Shown in pieces: positions 1 through 13,450 of a DNA stretch of 35,014 nt. A program made the translations under genes and the position numbers. The stretch is taken from positions 994,321 through 1,029,334 of the forward strand of contig NW_014577075.1 of the NCBI RefSeq assembly GCF_000485595.1. The letters are read 5' to 3'. Source of the stretch: Priapulus caudatus. Taxonomy: Eukaryota. Every line of letters begins with the position of its first letter. Within the stretch, counting starts at the first letter, position 1. The notes below the pieces were generated by a model. The model was given only the letters and a program-made list of their open reading frames with translations. It did not search any database and was not told the DNA's origin.

Positions 1-1195
1 CAATTATTTCATAGGGTTAGGTTTAGGGTTAAGGAGTAGGCGTAGGCGACTCCCTAGACTCGTTAGTGGAGTAGGCGAGGTACGGTCCGGCATGTTAGAT
101 AGTACCATGGTACGTTCCGACAGTACCCCGGGCGCACGCACGCACGCACGTACGCACGCACGCACGCATGCACGCACACAGAGGGAGAGAGAGAAAGAGA
201 GTTTAAGAATGTGCGTAACTGCGTTAGTTCAACATGTCTTAATCATAAAACGAAAATTACATGATTAGTTATAGTGATCTTTAGTGATCACATCTTGTTG
301 CTAATGAAGAGAATAGTTCTACTAAAAAGATTATTGTTGTAGTCAGAATGAAGGCTGTACATTTAGTCATTTACTCAAAAGTGCCTCAAATACCATCTCC
401 TGCTATCTACATTTTCGAAATTTTCTGGGGGAGGACCCCCAGACCACCCGCCTGTGTGCGTACACATCCATTTACCCCTAGCTACGCCCCCGGCAGTCTG
501 ATAGAGCTAGCTGCCCAATTTTTTGCACTGGAACACTGCTATAGAACCATAAGAAATAAAACACTACTAGTTAGGCTAAGTTAGAATGTAGATGCGTCGA
601 TCGCCCTGCACGAAAAATGACACGTGCCCACAGCAAGTAGTCTGTCTCTATATACTGCAATGACTAAAATAGTGGTAGATGGTGCTTTTTAGAGAAGGCA
701 TTTTAAAGATTAGGCAATGCAAGAAAAATAGTAATGTAAAACTATGTATAAAAGTGAGAAAAAAAAACATGTAAAAGTACATTATAGATTATATTATTTT
801 AAGAAATTTTAGCCGACACCAATTAAGGATGGACCGAGGGTCTTCAACCGTCTTGGTTCAACCGCTTGGGGTTAAGCGGGTCAATTTAGCTTGACTGTGG
901 ACTTCACCAGCCGGCGACGCTCCACACGCGCAACCGGTTCCCACCTGTGGCGGACTGCCTTCCCACCCAGGGGAGGGGGCACTCCATATATATTGCATGG
1001 TAGGTATGTGCCGCGGGAGAGATCCCATGCATTTTCAACCCTAAACTTCCGTTCCAGTGCATCGCATTTTTAAGAATATCTCGTTCCAGAGCATCACAAG
1101 TTTAGTTACCATGCAGATCTTACATTTTTGCCGTTCCGGAGACCCTAGTTTTTAATATTCCCGTTCCAGTGCATCGTACTTCAGAATAAGTTGAC

Positions 1196-1198
<3 letters not shown>

Positions 1199-1267
<69 letters not shown>
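1199..1267. repeat. (TG)n microsatellite
   Basis: Direct observation. Confidence 0.98.
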
Positions 1268-1269
<2 letters not shown>

Positions 1270-4200
1270 TAACCCTAACACTACACGTATCCCTAACTAA
1301 AACCTAATAAACCAACACATAATAGTATAAAACCATTGTAATTCCATTAAAACACTTACTATTGTGGTCCTGGAATCCTAAGTGGAAAAAATAAATTCAT
1401 CGTCCTCTCACAGGGATACGGATATCTACACATGGATACTTACCTCAGTCACAGACTGCTATGCTCCCGACCCGAGTGGAAGCACAGCCCTTCCGCTGAA
1501 CGCAACACCACACAGGGGATCTCGCCCCTGTATATTGCACAGCGTGTAGGAGCAGGCTTGAAGCGTTTGAACAAACCTGCGCCCGTCGCCCCATGACAAG
1601 CTACCAGTTACAGCTGCAACACCTGACATTCATACCATGCACCGCATTTGTCAAATCCCTGTACCCCCCCTGTCAAAACAATCAACCCATCAACTATAGC
1701 AAGGCTTAGCGAGCGCATCGTGCAGCATACAAAGCGCTACCGATTTCCCCATAGAACACGCTCAATCTATACACGCAGATCTTTACTATAGCTGAACTGG
1801 AATGAGCACGCGTCCGAGTATACTATACTATCATCCACACTTCATGAACTATCGAATGATTATTCATCCTAAGCTGCACTACTTGTATAACAACAAGATG
1901 TTTTACGCCATAATCCCCAGGTCCTTCTACATATCTAACAGTCACGATTTTTAATCCATACCCTGAATCTATGGAATTGGCCCTCATTAAATATACAAGA
2001 ATACACACAGATATAGCAGTAATTGTAACAAATGAAGCCCGCAATATCGCACAAACGCTAATTCTCGCAGTACTAACGAGCAAACAAACTCGTGTCAGCA
2101 TATCATACACCTCGTTATGACAAAATAACACCTGGTCTCCCTCCCACATTCACTGCGCACCTTCTCGTCTATAACAGGTATTGACAAATACCTCCAAATG
2201 CTGTTGAAATCTCCGATTTTTTGACACTTCTTCCCTGCCAACCGCAACCGTACAGCAAATGCAACCCGTAGCAACACGTGACAGTCACCTAACCAATCTC
2301 GAGCTAAATTGTTGCAACACATCGCGTGCCGCCAGACTGCCAGAATTCGCCACCTCTTTCTTGCTGTCTTAAACAAACGCCGCGAAATGGAAGGAACTAC
2401 GAGTTTATCTGTCCATAAGTCATTACTAATCATGACACGACCAGTATTGCTAGTCTACGTACTCAGATTAGCGTTAATGCGCATATCGGCATAAGCGCAT
2501 GTAAACTGCAGCACTTTCTACATGCATAGGAAATCAAAAGAATGATTCGCGTAACATCATGTAAGAAAATTCATCAGCAGCTGATCAAAAGTTAGTAATA
2601 AGAAAAAACATAGTCCACGACTCACACATAACAGCTCTGCAAATAGCCTACTACAGCTTTTTTATACAAGCACCAAAATTCGATACCAACAACCATAATG
2701 CCACTAATACGCCACCTATACCGTACATCAAACATCTAAAACGATCAAGAATCCACCTCGCAATCATATGAAACTAGAGTAACGATACGAGGTCCACAGA
2801 CTCTTGATCTATAATAGCTAGCTCATTCACCCCTAATATGGATAAACTATCATGCAATACGATTAGACAATATCCTAAACACGAATAATTTTTCTACGGC
2901 ATGCACATTTATACACCAACCAATCCACGAAATATATTTCACCCTGACACCTTACCTCGATATGACATCAAAGAACAACAAGATAATGTGAACCAGAATC
3001 TGATAGGTCACCACAAACTCCATTCGCCCCCTGTACTCAAACAAGCCAATTCAATATGACAGGAACAATACGCATGCATCCCAACGCCATTCGTCACCCA
3101 CACTGTTGTTATCCATTCAATACAGAATAGTGATTCCTATACATACTACCACGTTGCTTCTCCAGCCGAATTACGCTCCCACCCATAACTAGAGAAACTC
3201 CGCAGCTAAAGAAAACTAAAAATATGTTCAGAAAAACACACCACTGAGTGTTCTGCTTGAAACAACAATTTAACCACATAAACAATGTTAAAATTCGATA
3301 AAACCCCAATCCATCTGAAAACTCCATGAAATCCCATGCATCCATCTGACCCTTCGCCACACGCGTGCCCTAACCGCTAGAACCGACTCTTTCCCGTCTC
3401 CTACACTGTATTCCGCAATCGAGTCGCTGGGACACCTATTTTCCCTTACCTACCTCTTAGTAATGTAATCATTAATTTTAATTCTCATTTTAATTTAAAT
3501 GTCTTATCTTTGATTTCTTATATTTGTAGTGTTGGAGGATTGGATGGATGCATCGATGGCATGATGAGGCAGACATGCATCGATGCGCATGATATGGAGG
3601 ATGGGAGGATGTGCGATGGGAGGATGGATGAATGGAGGATGAATAGACTGCATGCATAGATAGAATAGTTACATTTTGGGCATTTCCTTCAACCAACGGT
3701 TCAACCAACCGATAACCCACGATTCCCCCGGCAACCCGGTAACCGCTAGTTCATCATAACTGCTCATAAATAAATATAAAAAATTACATCAGTAATAAAA
3801 ATAATCCAAATTTAATGATTAGCACGACTATATTAGAAGGAATGTATTAAAAAAAAAAGTCAAATGATAAATATATATGATATACTATGAATAAGAAAAC
3901 AACACCGTTAGGCCCTCCAATACATACCCATATCCTACCACATCAAGCAGCTAACAACCATTGCTAAAATTTCATAACATAATATCATAACCTGACACCA
4001 TAAGTCCAGAAATGTCCATGTCTTCGAATTGTTACAGAAACTGCATCCGCAATAACAAGTTGCAAAGTAATCAATGATCTACACCGCAATTATAATGCCT
4101 TTCATTCTAGATAAATACAAAGTTCGAACTGTGCCTGTACATACAAGAACAACATCAACCAGATATCCTTCTCCACTCTTTCTTTACCTCCAAACCTTCC

Positions 4201-6789
4201 ACCATAGAGTGTAGCAGTTACTGATAAGACCAGGTAGAACTTTGAAATTCACAGCTGAAAAAATGACAAAGAATTAAAATTGTACACATATTATGTCCTT
4301 GTCTTATATAGATTGTGAGATTAACAAAATCTTGCAATATCATCGCATTCATGTCTCACACTTTATACAAGTGGCAATATGTACCCTATTCACGGACAAA
4401 TATATCATCTCTGTTGTATCGCAACACATGGCTGAACACGCCTTGAAATCTCATTCAAAAACTTAATGAGTTCCTGTTTCATTGTCCTATCCAACAAATG
4501 CTAATAAATTTACCTGGCACCTTATTAGATGTAATCACTTGCAACAACTATTGAGCCCTCTTCGTAAAGACACAGTACACGCGCTGGGCCTAAACACCGC
4601 CCTTTACGCACCTGAAGCAGAAATAACAGTATTAAGAGTTTTAAGTTTGGGGCTCGGAAGAAATACTTAATAGCATCTAGCATATAGACCTGGCTACATA
4701 TTAACCTGGGTTTTGCGAGAAAGTTGGTAGTTATATTGTATGTAAACTTACTTACTAAGTCACACTGAGTATTTTCAAAAGTGCACAGGATGGTTTTTGT
4801 TAACTTTCCTATCCAATAGTTTGGCGTATCATTTAGTAAATGGCTTATGAATCAGACTTCATATCCTAGGAACCACTTAATCAATGCATACTGCATAGCA
4901 TAAAATGAACACGACAATAGAAATATGACAATAGTTCGTAGATGAGCATATAAATATGGACTTTATAGATTTTTGTAGCCATGTAGAGTCTTGCGTAACT
5001 ACTTGGGCAAACATACATAAATACCGACATATTGGCGGTTCGCTCATGAAGTGTCCTTGTACCTCATCAAGCCTAGATCCGTGAAGTGTGATCAGGATTG
5101 GCTAGTATATATATTACTCCCTCACTGCATAGGAATAATTTAACCGATACCGCAATAAAACTTCTGATCTATCGAGCAGCATCACACGGTCTGTGCCTGC
5201 ACCTATATTTAGCATTACACTCACCTCACACTACTCACATTTTCACTCAACATTCATCTCTGCGCTACCATGGAGCACACCTTCAACTGAAGTTGATGTT
5301 TCCCCACGCTGCACTATCTGTCTCCATCTAACACCCAGTCTACACCAATCAGGCCTAAAACAGAAAGAAGCATATATACCCATTAATAGAAGCAGTACAC
5401 GTTAATAATCATAAGGTGAACAAGTGCTCTAAATGATAAGGAAAACTAAAAAAAAGAAACATTCCAAAAAAGCTCCTCACCACAAAACATGAATTTTCAT
5501 AGCATCTATGATCATTCATAATCATCTCTGGTTGTAATCCAGAGATTTCTATTTCCATATATTGAATATAACGATCCCACTAAAACTTGTTACACTTATT
5601 TCTTACCATTAGGATTGCATCACACGCACCATGCTATTAATATACGAACTAACCATATATATGTGATTATAGATAAATTTCTGTACATAAATTAATGACA
5701 TCAATAGCTAAACCTTCTCCACTATCATAGAATACAGATTCCCAAAATTCCAGCCTGCAGGTCGCTCATCTCCAGACATATCACCCTGTCCATATAAACG
5801 AACCATGCACAATCCATGTTCTGGCACCCAGTCACCGTCGTAGCAACACTGCCTGTCGTAATACCAACCCTCTACTCATAACAAATAAAGCCTCTTCTCC
5901 TTAATTAATAAAAAAAATCGACCGACACACTTGTAGGATGTATGGATGTCTCATGAGCTTAGTATAGCTCATAGGTCTATGTCGAGGGTACTACTGCCAA
6001 ACGTACCCTGGTACGCCGGTATACTCAGAACTTATCCTGGTAAACCTATATGAGGTTAGGTTAGATAGGTAAGATAGGCGTAGTCACTCCTAGACGCGTT
6101 ATGGAGTAGGCGAGTACGGCCCGCATATAGAATAGTACCAGGGTACATCCGATACCGGACCGAACAGGGTAACGTTTTTTTCTTTTCCGGCAGTACGCTG
6201 GAGGAATAGACCCTGCAGCCTAACTTAAGCCAATAGTCTTAATCCCCCAGGGTAACTGCGAGACGTACCCCTGTAACACTGAATGTTAGGTAGGGTTAGN
6301 NNNNNNNNNNNNNNNNNNNNNNNNCGTAATGTGTGTGTGTGTGTGGCATGTGTGTGCTGCTGTGTGTCGTGTGTCGTGTCGTGTGTCACAAGTGTGTGAT
6401 GTAGCGTGGTCGTTACAGTCTCTACCTGGGTCAGTTTTCCCTCCGTGTACATAACTACACAATTATTGTTCAAGTGTACAGACATAGACAGTATTCAAGT
6501 GCTACGCAAATCACGAGTCCCCACAGTTCCCGGAGAACCCCCTCTTTTAAAACGAGTCAGTTCCTTTATAGGCATTGCATTTCAACGAATCCTAGCTTCC
6601 GAGACCCCCATTTCGAACATAGCAGTTCCAGCAGTATCCCAATTCAACAAATAGTTCCAGAAGACCCCCAATTTCTAGGTCTGGTAGTTCCAGAGCGCCC
6701 TTTGTGAACCTTCGCAGTGGCGACAATAACCTACCCATATGTGGAGGTGAGTGCCCCCCCCCAACGTGACATGCTCGCATGCCATTGGC

Positions 6790-8300
6790 CGCGGGCCGCG
6801 ATGTGTGACTGGGTAGGGACATGGTCCGGGGAACCATCCGCGCGTGTGTGGACTGGGGAGGTGGACATGGTCCGGGCCGCGTGTGTGGACTGGGAGGTGG
6901 ACATGGTCCGGGCGGTGGTGTGGACTGGGAGGTGACATGGGTCCGGGACACGCGTGTGTGGACTGTTTGAGGTGTACTGATTCTGGGCCGCGGTGTGGAT
7001 GGGAGTTGGAGCATGGTCCGGGCCGCGCAGTTGGACTGGAGCTGTGTACATGTCCGGGCCGCGTGATGTGGACTGGGAGGTGGTACCATGTCCGGGCGCT
7101 GTGTGTGGACTGGGAGGTGGATCATGCGTCGGGCCGCGTGTGTGCGACTGGAGGTGCACATGTGCCGGGTCTGCGTGTGTGGACCTGGGCAGGGTACATG
7201 GTCCGGGCCGCTGTGTGTGGACTGGGAGGTGTACATGGTCCGCGGCCGCAGTGTGTGGACTGGGGGTGGACATGGTCCAGGCCCGCCAGTGCTGTGGACT
7301 GGGCCATGTACATGATACTGCGGCGCATCACCATAACCCGCATCGCGGCCCGCGTGTGTGGACTGGGAGGATGGTGTCCGGCCGGCCGTTGTGTGGACGG
7401 GCGGTGCACATGTCGGTCCGCGTGTGTGCGACTGGGAGGTGGAGCTGGTCCGAGCCGCCGTGTGTGCGAATATCGGAGGTGAGCATGGTCCGTGGGGGCC
7501 GCAGTGTGAATGACTGGGAGGTGGACTGCGTTCCAGGGCCGGCGAGTAGTGGCACTGAGGAGCGTGGACATGGTCCGGGCCGCGTGTGTGGCTGGGCCCG
7601 TGACATGGTCGGCCCAGCCGTGTGTGACTGGGAGGTGGACATGGTCCGGGCCGCCCGTGTGGTGGACTGGAGTGTGGACATGGTCGCGCGGGGCCGCTGT
7701 GTGTGGACTGGCAGAGTGGACATGGTCCGGGGCCGCCGGTGTGCTGGGACTGCGGAGGTGGACATAGGTCCCGGGCCGCTGCATGTGACTCGGCCTGTTG
7801 CACATGGCCCGGGCCGCGTGTGTGGAACTGGGAGGCTGGACATGCTGTCCGGGCCGCGCTACCACAGGACCCGCGCCTCCCTTGACCATCCCTGCGCAAA
7901 GGCTCCAGCAACCCAACCAGTGTGTGGGACTGGAGAGCCGTGCGACATGGTCGGCGATTGTGTGGACTGGAGGTGGACATGGTCCGGTGCCGCGTTGTGC
8001 TGGCTGGGCCGATGTACATGGTCCGGGCCGCGTGTGTGGGACTGGTGAGGATGATCATGGTCGGGGCATGCGGTTGGACTGGGCAGGACTCCGTGACACA
8101 TTGGTCAGGCCTGGGTCGTGGACTCGGCATGCCAATGGTCCGCGGCCACCCGTGTGTGGACTGGCGGCCTATTGTACATGGTGCCGGGCGCGGGGGTGTG
8201 GATTGGCGCCGTGTGACGATGCGATCCGGCCGCGGGCTGACTGGACTCGTTTTCCGTGCACATGGTCCGGGCGCGGGTGCTGCGACTGGGCCAATGCACA
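6790..8300. repeat. GC-rich 36-bp minisatellite, copy 1 (~40 units)
   Basis: Unit GTGTGTGGACTGGGAGGTGGACATGGTCCGGGCCGC with heavy indel noise. Confidence 0.95.
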
Positions 8301-8446
8301 TACGTGTCAGACAGTGGCAGCCGCCTTCTCGACGTAGTCGGCGTCCAGGAGCTACAGGACGGTCCCTTCAGTGGTAGGTTGTTGCTGGCCTTGCTGACGG
8401 CAGTGGCACCCGTGCGGCTTCGTCGCTATCTGATCGTTGACGGCCC

Positions 8447-8600
8447 GCGGGTTAGGGAGTAGGCGTAGGCGACTCCCTAAACTCGTTAGTGGAGTAGGCG
8501 AGGTACGGTCCGGCATATTAGATAGTACCATGGTACGTTCCGGTATACCGGACCGTACCCAGGATACGTTCCGGCAGTACCCTGGGGGACATAGACCCTC
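8447..8600. repeat. Dispersed MITE-like repeat with TTAGGG-like core (related copies at 14-130 and ~5972-6299)
   Basis: Shared GGAGTAGGCGTAGGCGACTCCCTA.ACTCGTTAGTGGAGTAGGCGAGGTACGG; terminal GGCAGTACCCTGGGGGACATAGACCCT is inverted relative to ~5972. Confidence 0.7.
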
Positions 8601-8685
8601 TCAGCTTTAGTATAAGTGTCTAGAGAGCTACGCATTGATGTAATAGGTACTGTGAATACAGTCAGTATTAATCATTTTAACGCTG

Positions 8686-8876
8686 TGGCTATATGCCCGG
8701 CAGCCGGGCACGGTCTTCGATTTCCTAAATGCCCGGCAGTTCCTAACCCTAACCCTAACCCTTGTTTACTTGAGATAACGCTGAAAATTAAAAACTGGCA
8801 GCCATTTAGGAAATTGAAGACCGTGCCCGGCAGCCGTCAGATATATGCCAGCTGCCGGGCATATATGATATAGCCA
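8686..8876. mobile_element. Palindromic MITE with internal (CCTAAC)n
   Basis: TGGCTATAT...ATATAGCCA ends; inner inverted repeat CCGGGCACGGTCTTC(G/A)ATTTCCTAAATG. Confidence 0.75.
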
Positions 8877-9854
8877 TGCACTCTGTAATTTTAATGGCCA
8901 CCTAAGTAGACATTCCAGACATATGGCTCATAAAAGCCCACGAGTGGTCCTTTCACAACTCCAATGCATTATACATGTTCTAATTTCTCAAGTAGTTTTA
9001 GTAGGACTAGGCCATGTTGACATCAACAAGTTGAGCACTCAACTTTTTGGAGTTGAGCGCTCACTTTGAGCGTAAACTCTTCAACTAAAGTTGAGGGTGT
9101 AAACCCAGCTTAAATCTCTGGGTCTTAAAGTAAGCTTGACTCGCATAGATAGTGCTATCACACTATGATCAGTCTACATCAGACAGATCAGATACTTGCA
9201 TGTGATACTCGTCAGTCATTAGCTACACAGTTACAGTACTGAGTACACGACTCACGAGTCACGAGAAACTAACCTCAACCAACGAGAAATTTATATCGAC
9301 GTCAGATTTAACAAAACCTCCACATCCAAGTATGTCCTGTGCTCCTATTAATGTAATAGATAATATAAAAAACACTAAAATTGATAAAATATTAGGCATT
9401 TTGACTTGAAAATCATATCACTAAATGAAACATGTATGAACGCAGAGATGAAAGAAATGACTAAAAGGAAACAGCGCCATCTATTCTACAATAGATTAAC
9501 TAATTTTTATTAGACAGAATAATACTCAGACACGGACTTCAGAGTTCAGACACAGCAATCACAATAATTAATTATAAAAATTTAAAGCTTTGCGAATAGA
9601 ATATTAGAATAAGAAAACATCAGGAATGTCAGAGCGCAATAATATATTTGTCCAATCAAAAACTGTAACCAGAACAGGCAGGTTAGCAGTCAGAGGCGTA
9701 GCTACCATAAAACATAACGCTCCATATAATAAAGCTACATAACGCTCCAATTGCTACCATAAAACATAAACAAACATAACGCAGATACGCAGTTTCATGC
9801 ACAGGATACACATGTATCAGTCATCATTTCACCAAAACACATTTTTTATTGCAG

Positions 9855-10021
9855 CGAGAGAGAGCGCGCGCGAGAGAGAGAGAGAGGAGAAAGAGAGCGC
9901 GCGAGAGAGAGAGAGGAGAGAGAAGGAGAGAGCGCGCGCGAGAGAGAAGAGACTTATCAGATGGCGCGAGAAAAAGAGCGGGAGAGAGAGAGAGAGAGAG
10001 AGAGAAGCGAGAGAGAGAGAG
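9855..10021. repeat. Imperfect (GA)n microsatellite
   Basis: Direct observation. Confidence 0.95.
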
Positions 10022-10559
10022 TCTTTTATTTTTGTATTTTTTTTTATTTAGGCAATTTATCCAGCATAACATACATTGCATACTTTTACCATCAAAAATT
10101 TGAATCATAAAATTGGATAATTACCAAGGATAATACACAAAAGCATGATAGCACAACTATATTTACATTGTGGTCGCTTGTTTTGCTATGCCTTAATGAA
10201 TCTAACATGCCACTACTATCAGAAAAACATTGAATATAGCGATTTGTAGTTTTAATCGTCATAGCACTGGTACATTTCACAGATGATACAACTTTTTTTG
10301 CCTTAATTTCGACCCGATTTCTTTAATGAAAAACATCTCCTCTCTGCCTCTATGAATTCTACTTTTCCATCAGAATTCTTAACACTACTACTTAAAACTA
10401 GAATAAACAGGAATTGTCCTAACTGCGTGGTATAGAGAGTCAAGCTCAAATTGCAGCTATAAGTAAAAGAGTTTTCCCAGCTTCCCACCCTCGTTTAAAA
10501 TGACTCTCACCTTCCCTTGTATTGAAACTATGGACTTCTGACGTAACATGAAACTCTGT

Positions 10560-12300
10560 CATATACTCGTGGGGCGAGATTATGTAATAATCTTAAAAGC
10601 CCTATGACCTTCAGTTTGCATTACCCTAAACTCTACAGGAACCCAATTACAGCTTGAACTCTCTAGCCAACCCCTAGTGGCCTAGAACTAGGTTAGAACA
10701 CATCTAATAGCTTTATTTGGAACACTGCAGCTTAGCCTTTGTGTGCTTTGTTGAGGGGACTGGCTTGCCTCATATGCTCTTGCATAGTCAGAAGTGACAT
10801 TGGAATAGCGGCAGAAACTAGTAATCTTTTACATCCGTATTTAAATACTTAGCTTTCTGGAAATAATTCATCTATTGTTAATCTTGATTTTACAACACTA
10901 TTCCCGTTATCTCACCACTCTGGTGTCTTCCAATCTTATCTAATACTTATACTGTATTTTATATGCTGCAATGGACCATTACATCTGATTCCGAGTTTTG
11001 ATTATCCTGAGTTTGTGTATTAGTTCCAAAAAAGTACTTTCAGTTTTTCAAAGATGCAAGGATAAATTATTATCAATGAGCCATTTTATGGAATGAAATA
11101 CTCTACTTAATTTCTGTATAGCCTGTACGCTCTGTCCCTGTAACTACGAAGGCCGAATTCGTCAGCATATAATAAACAGCTTGACGTTAACTGCCTTTGC
11201 CATGTCATTAATATAATCAAGAAATAACAGAGTACCAAATCGAGCCCTGTGGTACTCCAATGTATAGGGTCCTATTAGACGAGAGTACCTCACATCAGTT
11301 AATGCGCTTCTACCAGCAGAGATAAGCAGACCGAACATTCTAACCAGTCCTAACATCCATTTCCGATAGTTTTTAGCTTTGGCTATTAGAATTTACTGGA
11401 TCAACGTATCAAAAGTTTTGAAGATTATAAACCATACCAGTACGTTCCTTCGTCCGAGCGCATTCGAATAAATATCAGTTATGATGGAATTAATATGTGT
11501 CATTGAAAATGTTGAATTCTTAAAGCCAGATTGGACTCATTACGTAAGGAATCTTCTATAATATTCTCTCTATTTGGTTTTAGCATTCGCTCCAAAACTT
11601 TCGACGACACTTAAAATTTGACACAGCCTATAGTTTCCGGGGTTCTGTTTGTGCTATTTTTATGTATCGAGATACCCTGCTGCCTTCATGTCATCAGGGA
11701 TTTTACCTTTGGATGGAATGATTGATTACATGTGTAAGAGCTGGAGCAAATAAACGATTGATCCACTCTTTATAATTTTGCAGGGAATATACGACCCAAT
11801 AAGCCTTACCCGTATTAAATGCTTTTTTCAGCAGCCGTAAGTACCTCTCCTCTCCCACCGCTGTAAAAGTAAGAATTTTTACTACGCTCTTGTCCTGCAA
11901 ATAATTAAGAGAACTATCTTCTCAACGTCCTTCCTTTGTGGGAGCATCGTTCACGCAAGTTGAGGGCACACTTGTGAAAACTTAATAAAATTATTGCACA
12001 ATGCTGTTGTCAAAACAATATTTTCTGCATTTTTAGCCCACCCGCCCAAGTTACTGCAGTTCCCTTATTTTCATCCCCATACTCTTTAAATCTGCCATAA
12101 TTTTTTGGGTCATTTTTGTGGTCCTGCAACCTTTTCCGAATAGTAATTAGCTTTGCTTTCTCATCGTTATTTTGAAGCTTATGTTTCTAGCAATTAAAAT
12201 CCTTGTATGTAATTTCATCTTAAATTCAGTCAGACTAAATTGTTGACAACAAATTGAATTGACTGAAATGTAAAATTACTGACAACATAGAATAATGCCG
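10560..12300 (-). mobile_element. Degraded CR1/L2-group LINE ORF2 (reverse transcriptase)
   Basis: Minus-strand motifs LTHVINHSI..G.IPDDMKAA, GNYR, KTFDTLD and GVPQGSI..TLLFL.YINDM...LYAD (11161-11260); many indels; boundaries approximate. Confidence 0.85.
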
Positions 12301-12384
12301 TGATGTGCAATGAGTGATGTGTGTGTTTGAGCACACACACGCGCCCACACGCACCCGGACACGCTACGCTCGCACGCCGCACGA

Positions 12385-13450
12385 CGCACGCACGCACGCA
12401 CGTACGCTACGCACGCACGCATGCACGCGACACAGAGGGAGGAGAGAAGAGAGTTTAAGAATGTGCGTAACTGCGTTTAGTTCAACAATGTCTTAATCAT
12501 AAAACCGAAGAATCTACATGATAGTTATTAGTGATCTTTAGTGATCAATCTTGCTTGCTAATGAGAGATATGTTCTACTTAAAGATTATTGTTGTAGGTC
12601 GAATGAATGCTGTTACATTTAGTTTACTCAAACGTGCCTGCAAATACCATCTCTGCTTCTCATTTTTGAATTTCTGGGAGACCCCCAGACCACCCGACCT
12701 GTGTGCTTACACATCCACTTGTACCCGCTAGCCTATCGGCCCCGGAAGTCTGATAGAGCCTAGGCTGCCCATTTTTTGCACTGTAACACTGCTATAGCAC
12801 CATTAAGACAATAAAACACTACTAGGTTAGGCTAGATTAGCATGTAGATGCGCCGATTCGCCCTGCACGAAATGACAGTGCCCCAGCAAGTTAGTCTGGT
12901 CTATATACTGCAATGACTAAAATAGTGGCTAGATGGTGCTTTTTTTAGACGAAGGAGTTTAAAGATTAGGCAATGACCAAGAAAAATAGGTAATGTAAAA
13001 CTATGTTCAACAGTGAGGAAAAAAAAACATGTAAAAGTGCATTATAGGTTATATCTTTTTAAGAAATTTTAGCCGACACCAATTTAGCGTGACGAGGCTC
13101 TTCAACGTCTGTGTTTCAACCGCTTGGCGTTAGGGGTCAATTTAGCTTGACTGATTGGGTTCACCAGCCGGCGAGCTTCCGCACGCGCAAACCACGTTCC
13201 CGACCTGATGGCGACTGCCTCCCCCAGGGGAGGAGGGCCACTCCATATTATTGCATGGTGAGTAGTGCCGCGGAGGGATCCCATGATTTTCAACCCTTTA
13301 AACTTTTCCGTTGCCGTGCTTCGCATTTTTAAGATTATCTCGTTACCAGGGCGATCAAAGTTTAAGTTACCATGAGATCTTACATTTTTGCCGTTCCGGA
13401 GACCTAGTTTTAATATTCCGTTCAGGGCTCGTCTTCAGAATACGTTGACG
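12385..13450 (+). repeat. Indel-rich duplicate of ~135-1200
   Basis: Collinear match (gagtttaagaatgtgcgtaactgcg ... gaccta gttttaatattcc) with frequent 1-nt indels. Confidence 0.9.

Noticed and set aside
6790..8300. 36-bp repeat array as a CRISPR array
   Set aside because: Units are head-to-tail with no unique spacers, there are no cas genes, and the context is eukaryotic.
6592..8301. 569-aa ORF and the other overlapping long ORFs (also 13718-15253)
   Set aside because: By-products of a stop-free GC-rich repeat; they drift between frames at indels.
8742..8762. (CCCTAA)n / TTAGGG tracts as telomere
   Set aside because: Only 2-3 units, embedded in MITE-like repeats (also at 14-30 and ~6050-6299).
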